From NCBI RefSeq assembly GCF_009914755.1, contig NC_060925.1: a DNA stretch of 64,000 bases; one strand, 5' to 3'. The DNA is from the human T2T-CHM13v2.0 reference genome, Homo sapiens. The position numbers and the translations under genes are program-made. The notes under the pieces were generated by a model. That model did not search any database. It was not told the origin of the DNA and worked only from the letters and a program-made list of their open reading frames with translations. Each line of letters opens with the position of its first letter. Within the stretch, counting starts at the first letter, position 1. This document shows, one piece after another, positions 1 through 19,439 of this stretch.

Positions 1-868
1 CTCCAGTTTCTACATCAGCATGTGCTGTTCTACCTTGCACTTTTATGTTACTTAAATGGCTTCTGTCCTTGAGCCTCTTGTCTTCTGCAGCTTCCTCATC
101 TACCTCAAGCTTTGTGGAACTAAAGAGAGTTAGGGCCTTAGTCTGGATTGGGCTTTGGCTTAAGGGAACATTGTGGCTGGTTTGATCTTTTATTCAAACC
201 ACTCAGATTTTCTCCATATAAAAAATAAGGTTGTTTCACTTTCTTATTTGTGTGTTCACTTTTAATTTTCTTCAAGACTTCTCCCTTTGCATTCACAACT
301 TGGCTAACTCTTTGATGCAAGAGGCCTAGCTTTTGGCCTACATCAATTTTCTACATGCCTGCCTCTCTCAGCTTAACCATTTCCAGCTTTTGATTTAAAG
401 TGAGAGACATGAGACTCTTTCTTTCACTTGAACACTTAGAGACCATTGTAGGGTGAATAATTGGCCTAGTTTCAATATTGTGTCTCAGCTAATAGGGAGG
501 CTCGAGGAGAGGAAGAGAGTCAAGGGAATAACTGGTGGTCGATGGAGCAGTCAGAACACACAAAACATTGATTAAGTTCACCATCTCATATGGGCATGGT
601 TCATGAAACCCCAAAACAATTACAATAGTAACATCCAAGATCACTGATCACAGAACACCCTAAGAGAGATAATAATAATGAAAAAGTTTGAAATATTGCA
701 AGAATTACCAAAATGTGACACAGGAACACAAAGTGAGCAAAGGCTGTTGCAAAAATGGTACCGGTAGACTTTCTCATCACACGGTTGCCACAAGCCTTCA
801 ATTTGTAAAAAAAACGCAGTGTCTGCAAAGAGCAACAAAGCAAAGTATGATAAAACTAAATATGCTTG
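1..868 (-). mobile_element. Tigger1 DNA transposon fossil (TcMar-Tigger): 5' part of transposase plus terminus
   Basis: Minus-strand remnant VSQVVNAK...KIKS resembles the Tigger1 transposase N-terminus; ends in a degenerate TIR ...tatgcttg followed by TA. Confidence 0.9.
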
Positions 869-1332
869 TACATAACAGTATCTGAAATTCCTAGTGATTG
901 CTTTAAAATGTATTAAAATACATCAGATAATGAATATTTATGGATTTGACTATCAGCTACTTCCCAGTATGTTGCCTTCTCTTGTCAAAGCATGAAATTC
1001 ATTTTGAAAAACATTCATTAACCACCTATTCTGTGCTAGTCACCAGTAATTTTGTTGAACAATAGAAAGAAGGCATAAAATTAATGTTGAGGCCCTTTTT
1101 TAAAAATTTATAATTGTTTTGCAACCAGATTACCTTGGTATGAATTTTATAGCACTGGCAAAAGCACAGTCTCTCTCAAGTTAAGCATCTTTCAGTATAT
1201 TTGTAATATGAAGAACTTGATAAACCCTCACTCTAAAACCCAAGACTGAACAACGTCCTTAGATAATCCACGTTTACATTGGCAGTGGCCTAGAAGCTGT
1301 TTTGTTGATGAAGTCTCTCCTTTTCCTGGATG

Positions 1333-1531
1333 TTCTCATGAAGGAGGCAACAAATAAAAGAACACAGGGTTTGATGCCAAGCAGATCCACATTCAGATCC
1401 TCATTCCGCCACTGTCTAGCAATGTAATAAGGAGAAAGTTGCTTAATTTCTACAAACTTAAAGCTACCTTATAGAATTGTTGATAGGATTAAAATGGTTA
1501 ACACATACTAGATGTTTACCATCATGCATGA
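1333..1531. repeat. Copy A of a locally duplicated MIR-like segment
   Basis: Near-identical to 4056-4304, sharing e.g. tttgatgccaagcagatccacattcagatcctcattccgccact. Confidence 0.85.
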
Positions 1532-1872
1532 CATGCTCAATAAACTCTCATTGTCATCACCACCACCAACATATTCTTTATTTTTAGTTTGGGGACTGGA
1601 CACTGATTGTATTCTTTGGCTTATGAAATATTAATAACACTATGATGTGCACAGATTAGAAGGATCTTAGATTTATGGGTGATGATGGTTGTTATGTGAA
1701 AGTAGAATGTTTTAAAAGCTTATTTATTTCACTATTAAATTCAGATGTCATATGACCTTTTTGATGTTTGAGAAAAGATTTGTAGCATCTCTGAATACTG
1801 GCCCTCTTTTCTCCCATGTAATGTTGATGAAATTGCATCCTTATCCAGGAATGTTTTTTTTTCCCCCAATAG

Positions 1873-2022
1873 GTGGGCCCCAGCGAGCCAGAGGAAGTGT
1901 TATTGGAAATATTAATGATGTTGAATTTGGAATTGCTTTCCTTAATGCCACAATAACTGATAGCCCTAACTCTGATACTAGAATAATACGTGCCAAAATT
2001 ACCAATGTACCTCGTAGTCTTG
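1873..2022 (+). CDS. HMCN1: HMCN1 exon (~94), start of nidogen G2 beta-barrel domain
   Basis: ccaatAG|GTGGGCCC ... CTTG|gtaagt; 150 nt, phase 1-1; GPQRARGSVIGNINDVEFGIAFLNATITDSPNSDTRIIRAKITNVPRSL. Confidence 0.96.
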
Positions 2023-2278
2023 GTAAGTCTTTGCCTCAAGCCTCTTTTTAAAAACTTATATATTATTCTTCATCTTATTACTTCCATTAAAGTTCTAGAG
2101 AATGCTACTACTAACTCATAAGTATGGTAAGCTTTTAAACAAACATACATGAGGTACTGGTATTTGTTTCTGGTATTCAACATTATTTAGAATTCATCCT
2201 TGTGAATAATATGCTATGAAGACAATAAAATAGACTAAAAATTTTGCTATCACCTTATTTATCCTTTTTTTTCTTTAG

Positions 2279-2416
2279 GTTCAGCAATGAGAAAGATAGT
2301 TTCTATTCTAAATCCCATTTATTGGACAACAGCAAAGGAAATAGGAGAAGCAGTCAATGGCTTTACCCTCACCAATGCAGTCTTCAAAAGAGAAACTCAA
2401 GTGGAATTTGCAACTG
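2279..2416 (+). CDS. HMCN1: HMCN1 exon (~95), G2 domain
   Basis: tttAG|GTTCAGCA ... ACTG|gttagt; 138 nt; SAMRKIVSILNPIYWTTAKEIGEAVNGFTLTNAVFKRETQVEFAT. Confidence 0.96.
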
Positions 2417-3422
2417 GTTAGTGTCAGCTGAATTTAATATTCTATTACTATAAAAAGTGCCATGAAGATAGGTGATTAAGAAAAATACGTGTTCCCACAT
2501 AGAATAATTTGAAACTTTTTACGCAATCTTATAAGTGATATAAAAGCAATTTCATGTTTTCCTGTAAACTTGTACTAACATAAGATCATAAGAGGTCATG
2601 TGTTCTCAAGCAGTCATTTTATACCCTAAAAGTTTTTCTCCTCTCCTCTTTTCTTCTTTTTAAAAATATTTTCTCTTTAAATCCATAGAGAGGATATTAA
2701 AGACCAAACAAAGAAGGAAAATGAGTTACTGTTATTAATTAAAGACCTTCTTTGTCTTTAAACCAAGATCCAATTAGGATACTTTATAGCAGTTCTTTAT
2801 GAAAAAGATAGAAACAAAGCAAACCTAAAGGCTTTTCACTCATCCCTAGTCTTAAGGAGTATGGGTTAGCTATTCATGACCCTTTCCATGTACATACAGA
2901 TGTTTAGAGAGCTCCATTTCAAGCCTCTTCACAGTTGGTCAGCCTCAATAGCAGTGACCTTTAAGGAAGAGGGGCTTGAGGACGGCTTATCTTTAATCAA
3001 CATTTAATCAGTGGAGAAGACAATTGGTTCTTTTCATGGGCATCCACTTACTCAGATGTCCTTTGTTACTTTTTGAAGCATCAGAAAGAACAAAGCACTG
3101 TGGCCAGACTAGTGGTTTTTGCCAGTCACAGACAATTCATTTTTATAAGAGTGCTTTGTTATTGCCTGTGAATTTAAAGTATGAAATTCGTGTAACCGTT
3201 TGCCACATTTTTGCTACATAAAAAGAAATGTTAAAAGAAACTGAATTCAATAAACCTAACTCTTTAATTGGGAGGTTAAGTGCTATTTCAGTTCTCATCA
3301 TCTATACTTATTCAAGTTTGAACTCAAAAAGCATAGCTGAACTGGTATGTAAGGTAAATCTGCTCTGTGCTTACAGAAACCATATTTTTTTGCTGTCAAA
3401 ATGAATGTCTTGTAATTCCCAG

Positions 3423-3544
3423 GAGAAATCTTGCAGATGAGTCATATTGCCCGGGGCTTGGATTCCGATGGTTCTTTGCTGCTAGATATCGTTGTGAGTG
3501 GCTATGTCCTACAGCTTCAGTCACCTGCTGAAGTCACTGTAAAG
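3423..3544 (+). CDS. HMCN1: HMCN1 exon (~96), G2 domain
   Basis: cccAG|GAGAAATC ... GTAAAG|gtaaaa; 122 nt, phase 1-0; EILQMSHIARGLDSDGSLLLDIVVSGYVLQLQSPAEVTVK. Confidence 0.96.
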
Positions 3545-4055
3545 GTAAAATGCCAGGATAACTTGTCTTTGCTGCTTATTAGAGTAATGATGAGTGAAAG
3601 GTCCATAGAATGAGCACAGATAACTTGTTCACTCTGTGGGGGAAAATGTCCAAACTACCAAGGCTATAAATAACTATCTGATCTTTGTTTAAAAATCTTC
3701 AGGGACAAGTTTTTACAAACTCTCTTAATGGTTTTACCACCCTCCCTATCAGGACCAAGATCAAATACTTGATGTAAGGCATTTGTTTAATTTTCTTTAG
3801 ACAAAGAGGATAGTAATTCTTGCATAAACGTTTTTGTGTATCATCCATAAAATATTTCAGAAATTAAAGGATAACAATCGCCCTTTCACATCTTTGTTTA
3901 TTCATGACCTATAACTTTGAGTCTCTTATTAAACTGAAATTTATGACAGCAAAATTATGAAACAACTATGTTATAATTAAAGGGTTCAAACTTTATGTTA
4001 TTTCCTGAACACTACTGTACAATTATTATACAAGTTTTATTAGCCCCTATACATT

Positions 4056-4304
4056 TTCTCATGAAGGAGGCAATAAATAAAAGAACATAGTGTTTGATGC
4101 CAAGCAGATCCACATTCAGATCCTCATTCCGCCACTTTGTACCAATGTAATGATGAGAAAGTTGCTTAATTTCTACAAACTTATTTTTCTAGTCTGCAAA
4201 CTATGGCAATTTAAAGCTACCTTATAGCTTTAAGGTATTAAAGCTATAGGTATTAAATTAGGATTAAAAGTTAACACATATTAAATGTTTACCATCATGC
4301 ATGA
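4056..4304. repeat. Copy B of a locally duplicated MIR-like segment
   Basis: Near-identical to 1333-1531, with ~50 nt of extra internal sequence. Confidence 0.85.
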
Positions 4305-4422
4305 TGTGTGTTTTTTAGCTCCTAATCCTTTTTCCCCGCTCATTCTGCATTTCATAGTCCCCTTAAGGGAAAAAAATTAGTATGAGCCATATTGATCTTC
4401 AAATCCACATTGTTCTCCTTAG

Positions 4423-4660
4423 GATTACACAGAGGACTACATTCAAACAGGTCCTGGGCAGCTGTACGCCTACTCAACCCGGCTGTTCACCATTGATGGC
4501 ATCAGCATCCCATACACATGGAACCACACCGTTTTCTATGATCAGGCACAGGGAAGAATGCCTTTCTTGGTTGAAACACTTCATGCATCCTCTGTGGAAT
4601 CTGACTATAACCAGATAGAAGAGACACTGGGTTTTAAAATTCATGCTTCAATATCCAAAG
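4423..4660 (+). CDS. HMCN1: HMCN1 exon (~97), end of G2 domain
   Basis: cttAG|GATTAC ... AAAG|gtaatt; 238 nt, phase 0-1; DYTEDYIQTGPGQLYAYSTRLFTIDG...GFKIHASISK. Confidence 0.96.
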
Positions 4661-4866
4661 GTAATTTGATAAAAGAAAATCCATATCTTTATGCCATCCA
4701 GTCTAAAGGGTTAAAAAAATTCAAAATAAGGACATTGAGGCCTACATCTAACATGATATCAGGTTTTTCATGTGTGTTGTCTATGCCTTTTTGTTAAGTA
4801 AAGCCCTATGGAAAAGCCAACCCAATTGGAGTTCTAGTACATTTACTTTACTAATATACTTCTTCA

Positions 4867-5289
<423 letters not shown>

Positions 5290-6554
5290 TCAAGAAATTT
5301 TTTAAATTCCTGAAACATAATACAAAGCTGTGTCTTAACCTAAACTAGTCAAAAAGAATTTCTATATTTTAAAAGCAGCTTTTTAAAACTGTGCAGCAAT
5401 AATCAGGATTCCAACTGTCATTTCTTGTTCCTGGAAGTTATAATTTTTTAACTGCTTTTCATTTTCCAAGCATGGTTCTGCAACCCTTGATCTAAGTAGT
5501 CCATCTATGCTATGTGGTTCTTTGATGTGTCTGTCTCCTGAGATTCCCTTTTCAGTCATAAGAGCCACCACGGCAATTAACATTCCATATTCTGTGGGGT
5601 TTTAATGCTGGGATGATTCTTGCATGTAGTCCTGTTAGACATTAAATGTTTATGTGACTTTAGCTTTGAACTTTAGGCTCCCATGAGTTCACTTAAAAGG
5701 ATTCACATTGACCTTGTCAATGTGTTTTGCTGTGTGCCAGCTTTCCTAAAATAGAGCCAAGTAAATTTTAAACTTCACCATTTTATCATGTTTAGCAGAT
5801 ATGCTAAAAATTTATTTTCAGTGTTTACTCTTGCTTCCATCAGTCATGCTTATGACTGTTTCCTTCAACTTGTATCAGAACTGCTTCATAAAATTTGAGA
5901 TCATAGTAATCTGGAAGTACAAGCACACATTTTTTGAGGTAATCACAGATTCACGAAGTCTCATAGCCAGTGACACCCATAGCCCATCTCCTCCACGCAC
6001 ACCATTGCCACCACTACCTTTTACTATTGCCATGCATGCCATGCCACTTGAACAAAAGAAACGAGCTGCCAGAATGAGGAGTTACATTTTCTTTCCCTAA
6101 TTATGCCTGCTTTTCAAATCTAACTTCTGTTTCTACTTTTTTCAGTACTCCATCTAATTTAAAAAAAGATAACTGGGCACAAATAAGAGAATTTCTACCA
6201 TCTGGAACTAGATGAATTAAAATGATTTCTGAAAAGTCATGTTCACTTTCTACCTAATCGTGTACATTTTCCAAGCCTAAAACTGCTTAAAGATCTTTGT
6301 ACCGTCTTTAAGTGTGTTTGTTGGGGGATCTGGGTCCCACAATATAAAGAAACACACTGTATGACCTTTAAGGCCCCTTACTATCCTTAGACACTGTGAT
6401 TCTATGAATCACATCTGATGTATGTGTCATGGTTCTTGTCAATTTTAAGAATTGTGTACTTGCAATTTGTTTTTGAGCAACCATTAGGGGGCAAGCTTGC
6501 ATTCCTGGTAGCTTAACTAGCAAATTATGTTCTGTCTAGACTAGAGCTAAGTAT

Positions 6555-6725
6555 GGTTGCAGTGAAATTAGAATCTTCTGGAGAGCTTGATGAAAGTTCA
6601 GATTTCTGGGCACAAAGATTTTTGGTTTAGCAAGTCCACAGTAGGGTCTGGGAGTTTGTATTTTTAACACAGACCCTAAATGATTCTAATATATCTGGTC
6701 TGCACTCTTGCTTTTGGAAAGTACT
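6555..6725. mobile_element. Probable MER5-type hAT-Charlie MITE relic
   Basis: agaatc...ggagagcttg...gatttctggg...tatttttaac...tgattcta pattern; a similar relic lies near 7650-7790. Confidence 0.45.
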
Positions 6726-6899
6726 GGTCGAGAAAACTCACTAACATAAGTCAGTGTCATTAAAATATTTTTATATCTTTAAAATCTAACTTATTTTTAA
6801 AATTAATTATAAAGTATATATTTTACAAATGAATCAGAGTATCAGAAATTATGCAGGAATATATAAATTTAACTAACTACAGATACATTTTTTACAACT

Positions 6900-7470
6900 T
6901 CTTCATGGGAAGGAAAAAAAGTGAAATGAGAAGGTAAAATATGCACCAAGAAAAAATATTTGCATCACATGTTATTGACAACCATGATTAATCTTAATAC
7001 ATACAAAGGCGCTTCAAAATCAGAAAGAGGCAAATACCCTCAGTAGAAAAATGCATAAGGGAAATTCACAAAAGAGTAAATAATGACAAATGTGAAGAAA
7101 CTGTTTACCCTCATTAGTAAGCAAGGAAATGCAAATTAATGAGTTATTTTCTGACTATAACAAGGGTGACGACTGCCTAGTATTACAGAGGTATGGGGAA
7201 GTGAACACCCTTACACACTGCTGGCAGGGGGATAAATTGGTTCAACATTTCTGGAAGGCACTGTGTCTCCAATAGCCTTTCAAATGTTCATATCTTTTCA
7301 GTTATCTCATTTTGGGAGCCTGTCCTATGAAAATCACAGAAATAGCCAAAGATGAATGCTTAGGAAGTTTTATCCACTGTTATTTATAATAGAAAAATAT
7401 TAAATATCCTCAAAGTAGGAAACAAATATGTAAGTTATGGCACAGCTATATAATAATAACTTAATCACTG
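6900..7470 (+). mobile_element. Old L1M (L1ME-like) 3' ORF2 fragment
   Basis: Degenerate ggaaatgcaaatta...acactgctgg...aaattggttcaacatttctggaaggca motifs. Confidence 0.6.
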
Positions 7471-8163
7471 AAATAGGAAATATTTAGCTCATTTATTCAT
7501 TTAACAAATATTTGTTGAGTGCCTACTATGTACTAAACATTGTTCTAGGTGTTGACAGCATCACTGTAAACAAGTAACAAAGGGGAATGTTCATGACAAT
7601 AATAACTGAAAAGTACTGTATGAGCCAAACCTGGGTTGCACACCCGTGGGTGATTATAAGAAAATCTTTACACCCATTAAAAACACAGATACCCAGGTCT
7701 CTTTCTTAGCAATTCTAGTAGAAATGGGACCAAGGGAACCTATATTTTTAATAGGATTTTCAAATGATTTTTATAATTAGTCAAGCTTGGCAATTATCAG
7801 TCTGTATATCCTAAATTTAATTTCTAAGTATGTATTCATAAAATTGACTGGAAGGAAAAACATCAAAATCTCAGCAGTAGTTTGTTCCATTTGACAAGAC
7901 TACCAGAATTTTATGCTTTTCAAGGTTTCTATTACTATCATACATTATAAGCAAATATTTTTTATTGCCTTTTACTATCTTGAAATAAAAATTGTAACAT
8001 AATTCAAAGTAACACACTTTATAATATGAAAATCAATAAAAGGAAAATAACTCATAATAACATTACACATTTTAATATGAAAATCTTTGGACAGAAAGAA
8101 GTAGTTGTATACTCAAACATATACTGAATCCTAGTATGATTATTTTGGGAACATTAAGCAACT

Positions 8164-14235
<6,072 letters not shown>

Positions 14236-14913
14236 ATTAAGCAACTCTTAGTAATGTTCTGAATGAAACAGTCCAATCAGCCACCAATTTATATGAAAAT
14301 TGCATTCCTAGAAAATTCACTATATATTTAAATCATGAAAAATGCTTAATATACGGCAGACACATTCAAAGCTTAGATAATTATAGATTTCTTACTTTCA
14401 TGAAAGTCTTGCAAGGCAAGGGACAAATCATCATCTTGCAAGACTGTCTCATACATGGCAATATTGTAAAACCTGCCATGAGTCCTGTCCCACTCACTGA
14501 ATTTTAATAGTCTTATTATGACAACCAAAGTATCTCCCAAAAAACTTCCCAAATTCCACCTATTAGATGATAGCCCCCCTATTTATAACCAAAAACCTAA
14601 CACTACTATCAGATAATAACTATGTTTACATGACATATTTTTTCCACAATTATGTCCCCAGCAGTGTCCCACACAACATAACTGGTTGGATTAAAGAATG
14701 TATCAACAAATAACTAAGTGGAAACTAAATAGTGACACACACACACAGCAACCGTGCAATGATCACTTAGCAATATGCCCTAGATGTTTCTGTCCCATCT
14801 ATCCTAGTACCATCCCCCTGCATGAGCAGGCAGACTTGGATGCTTTCAGGAAAGAGGTTTCTTGACTAACCTGTTCTTGTTAGCTTTTTTGTTTCTGACA
14901 TCTAACTTAAATC

Positions 14914-15214
14914 TTTTTTTTTTTTTTTTTGAGACAGAGTCTCGCTCTGTCCCCCAGGCTGGAGTGCAGTGACGCAATCTCGGCTCACTACAAGCTCCGC
15001 CTCCTGGGTTCACGCCATTCTGCTGCCTCAGTCTCCTGAGTAGCTGGGACTACAGGCACCTGCCACCACACCTGGCTAATTTTTTGTATTTTTAGTAGAG
15101 ACAGACGGGGTTTCACCATGTTAGGCAGGATGGTCTCGATCTCCTGACCTTGTGATCCGCCCGCCTCGGCCTCCCAAAGTGCTGGGATTACAGGCATGAG
15201 CCACCATGCCCGGC
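14914..15214 (-). mobile_element. AluY-like
   Basis: Diagnostic gaatggcgtgaaccc / ggagcttg on minus; TSD taacttaaatctttt. Confidence 0.93.
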
Positions 15215-15783
15215 TAACTTAAATCTTTTCTATCACAATATGCCTGTTTCCCCTTATTTTGACTAGATGAAAAGGAAAACACTTGGTCACACGTGGGGGA
15301 TTTTGACCCAAATGCTCAATAGTGCTAATGCGGGAGATCCACAAAAGGAGGGAGCTTCTTCACAGAGTTTCTATTTTTCACGGGCACAAATTATTTTAAG
15401 TTGCTTGAAAACAGCATTTCTCATTTTAGAGTAAAACCGGATAGCAATGGCTGGAAGAACAGGACTTTGCCCATGGTTATGCCTGGCATATACATTTATC
15501 TTGGACCCTTTTTAGTTATCACATAATTTTTTTATTGATGTAAATAACTTACACACGAAACCTGTTTCCAGTGGCAGCTTGTCAACAATCTCTGGACTGT
15601 GATTCATGTACTTCTTGGTTTAGAAACAGGAAAAGTTTTCCATGCCTGCTTATTTTCACCTATTGCATTTTTGCATCATGTGTTTCATCTTTGGCATATC
15701 TTCCCAGGGAAGATGGTACTGGAAAGAAGCCAGGGGCAACTATTCCAATAAGCCAGTTAACTTTGCTTTCCTCTCTGTGGTAG

Positions 15784-15846
15784 GAGATCGCAGTAATCAG
15801 TGCCCCTCCGGGTTTACCTTAGACTCAGTTGGACCTTTTTGTGCTG
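15784..15846 (+). CDS. HMCN1: HMCN1 exon (~98), two-Cys half-EGF linker
   Basis: gtAG|GAGATCGC ... GCTG|gtaagt; 63 nt, phase 1-1; DRSNQCPSGFTLDSVGPFCA. Confidence 0.95.
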
Positions 15847-16399
15847 GTAAGTACAGAGATAAATAAAGGGTTTTCTTTTAATGAAAATGTCAATATTGGA
15901 TAGCATTTAATGGGTATCTATTGCCCTTTCACTAGGTATTTAATCTTCACAACAGTTCTGTAAACATCCCATTTGACAGCTAAGGAAATTGAGATGTAGA
16001 AAAGTCAAACTATGGAAAACCACTCAGCATCAAGTGGCAGAGCTGCATTTGAATTTAAGTTAATTCCAAAGCCCATGTTCTCTGAATTTGGCCACAGCCA
16101 ACTGTGTCAGAGATAGTGACTAAGTATAGATGTGGAGTGAGCAGACAGACAATGCTATACTTTATCTGGTGGCTTGATTGCCGTGGCTGTGAGAGAGCCA
16201 CAACATTAAGTCACCTAACCCTAGAATTAATCAGAGGACAGGCAGGATTGTGGACTTATGACTAATGATTAAACCAATTTTATCCCACCAAAGTACCAGC
16301 ACAAGAGAGGTACAGATAACTGCTAAGTAAATGGCTTGAGGAGCTTACATTTACATACACAGTGCTTTTCTTTCATTGGTAGGCAATGTAATATAGTCT

Positions 16400-16630
16400 T
16401 GTGATAAAGAGGTGGTCTTTCCACTGCCCAGGCACAAATCACAGCCCTGCCAGTAATGACTTGTATGACCTTAAGCAATTTATGTAACTTCTTTTTTCCT
16501 CAGTTTTGTCCTGCAAAATAAGGATAGTAATAAAAATACTTATCTCCTAGGAATTCTGTGATGAAAGAGTTAAAGCAGGTAAAAGGCATTTAGAGCACAG
16601 TAGATGATAAATATATTTTAGCTATTATCA
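16400..16630. mobile_element. MIR relic
   Basis: tgaccttaagcaa...cctcagttttgtcctgcaaaataaggatagtaata core. Confidence 0.6.
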
Positions 16631-16856
16631 TTGTTGTTTTAGGATATAATCTAACCATCTATTCACTATCAAGGATAACTCAGATGCCTCAAATTATTTT
16701 TATTCAGTGAATTCATTTTGTGGCACTTAAAGCATTTTCTATTATATTTGATTCAACTTCTTGGCCTCTATAAGCAGTTATTTTTACTGGCTTTAATAAC
16801 TCCCAGAAAGTAAGGATTTTACATACTGATTTGGGCCTTTTTGTTTCTTCTTTAAG

Positions 16857-16976
16857 ATGAGGATGAATGTGCAGCAGGGAATCCCTGCTCCCATAGCTGC
16901 CACAATGCCATGGGGACTTACTACTGCTCCTGCCCTAAAGGCCTCACCATAGCTGCAGATGGAAGAACTTGTCAAG
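16857..16976 (+). CDS. HMCN1: HMCN1 exon (~99), cbEGF
   Basis: ttaAG|ATGAGGAT ... CAAG|gtattc; 120 nt; DEDECAAGNPCSHSCHNAMGTYYCSCPKGLTIAADGRTCQ (not in the ORF track). Confidence 0.96.
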
Positions 16977-17480
16977 GTATTCACAAATCTAATACACACA
17001 TTTAAGCAATGGGTCAAGGATTTCTTTGACCTAGAAAAAGTATGATAGACCCATTATCTTCTTTCCTACTACTTCTGCCCACACCTTGGCAACAAACAAA
17101 GAAGGTCTCCATTGGGCTGAGAAAGTAAGAAAGCAGGAACACTGTTCATGCACTGCCTGCATGTGGGGCACTCTCAAGGCAGGAATGCCTGGAGCATCTC
17201 ACTCAAGATCTCAGAAAGGAGAAGTAACTTCTTAAAAGCCACCTAATTTATAAGTGGTCTGATTAATCTGTCAGTCTATGAAGATATTAATCACACTGTG
17301 CTGCTGTGAGTTTGTCAGCTATTTAGCCCACCTGATGTGACTCAACCAAAAACTTTAGTCCTTCTTGTTCTTTTCTAGTTTCAAGGGTCCTTCACTGCTT
17401 TTTGTATCCCTATTTCACCGCAGGTTCTTGGGCTGGGTGTTCTTCAGCTCACCTCAGTTGAATGATTCCCTCTGTTGCAG

Positions 17481-17615
17481 ATATTGATGAGTGTGCTTTG
17501 GGTAGGCATACCTGCCACGCTGGTCAGGACTGTGACAATACGATTGGATCTTATCGCTGTGTGGTCCGTTGTGGAAGTGGCTTTCGAAGAACCTCTGATG
17601 GGCTGAGTTGTCAAG
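17481..17615 (+). CDS. HMCN1: HMCN1 exon (~100), cbEGF
   Basis: tgcAG|ATATTG ... CAAG|gtataa; 135 nt; DIDECALGRHTCHAGQDCDNTIGSYRCVVRCGSGFRRTSDGLSCQ. Confidence 0.96.
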
Positions 17616-17994
17616 GTATAAAAATGGAGGCCTTTTCTTTATGTTCATGACAGTAAGAATTAGACCCACCTTTTGACTCCTCAAAAGTTAACTGTCTCAG
17701 AAACTCCACGAGGAAGGGACCACATAAAAGGGAGAGAATGAGGAGATATCCAGCAAGAGGGACTCCTGTCTCTCCGGAGGACTTAAACTTCATTTTATAT
17801 GTTTTATAAGTTGAGCTTCTTCATAAGCTTTTATTCAGATATATTCCACAGCTATTTTAAATATGTATAGCACAGTGGTTTTGAGTGACCATTTGCCTGT
17901 TACCATTTGATTGAGATCATACTGCACAGTCCAATAAAATCTATTTCATAAAATTCCATTGCGTAAGACTGCCAGAATGTTTGTTGAATGATGT

Positions 17995-18615
17995 TTTTAA
18001 TAGGCTATTTTTTAGAACAGTTTTAGGTTCACAGCAAAATTGAGTAGAAAGTACATAGATTCCTATATAACCCCTTCCCTCCACACACACAGCCTTCCTC
18101 ACTATCAATATCTCACACCAGGGCGGTACGTTTGTTACAGTCAATAAACTTACACTGACACATCATTATCACTCAGAGTCTAGCTTAGATTAAGCTTCTC
18201 TTGGTGTTGCACATTCTATGGGTTTGCAAAAATTTATAGCAACATGTATCCACCATGATAGTGTGGTACAGAATAGTTTCATTGCCCTCAACATTCTCTG
18301 TTCTTCACCGAATCATGTCTGTTTCCTCCAACCTCTGGCAAACACTGATCTTGTTACTGTCTTTGTGGTTTTGCCTTTTTCCAGAATGTCATATAGTTGG
18401 AATCATACAATTGTGCAGACTTTTTAGATTGCCTTCTTTCACTTAGTAACATTTAAGTTTCCTCCACCCCTTTTCATGGCTTGATAGTTCATTTCTTTTA
18501 ATTGCTCAATAATAAATATTCCATTATCTAGATAGAACAGTTTATCTACCTAGTGAAGGACATCTCAATTGCCTCCAAGTTTAGGCAAATATAAACAAAG
18601 CTGCTATCAGGATTT
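17995..18615 (-). mobile_element. Old L1M (L1MC/MD-like) 3' fragment
   Basis: tttagaacagttttaggttcacagcaaaattgag...ttgccttttccagaatgtcatatagttggaatcataca motifs. Confidence 0.7.
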
Positions 18616-18963
18616 TTCATAGAGGAAAAGACAGTGGATCCAAAACTGAATGTCTATCAATAAATGACGCATGGTACATCTACACCCATGAACCATTGTG
18701 CATCCATGAGAAAAATCCAGATGTAGGAAGGTATGTATAATTTTGCAGAAAAGAGTATGTAACTGGAAACAACCAAAGAAAAAAGGAAATGGATCTATAT
18801 ATTTAGGTGGAGATATTTATGTGGCTGCAGAAGAAATATATTATTATTCATACTAGATAGTTAATGTTTGCCTTTGGTGGGCAAGAAAGGTAAAAAGGGA
18901 GAAGGGAGCCCAACCAAAAGAGGAAGAGGAAGAAAAAAAAACTGCACTAAGAAAAATCTTTTA

Positions 18964-19143
<180 letters not shown>

Positions 19144-19439
19144 TCACATCTGTGTTTCTGTAAGTTAAGTTAACACATTGTAGATTTTGAGAGGTTAAAT
19201 TAAAAGATGTCAAATAGAAAACAGTACACAATAAGAGACATTGGCAATCTGGAATGTAAGGTGAGGAAGTGAAGAGCCCAACTATGGTGATTTTTCTTTT
19301 GAAGAGTTTGGAATATAGCAAGACAGAAGTGGCAGGAACTGGAGATGAGTATAGACCTGAGAGAGGGATTTGGTTATGAGAGGAAAATTTTGATTATATC
19401 TACAGGTTTATTGGAAAGAAGACTATAAGAAGGAAGGAC

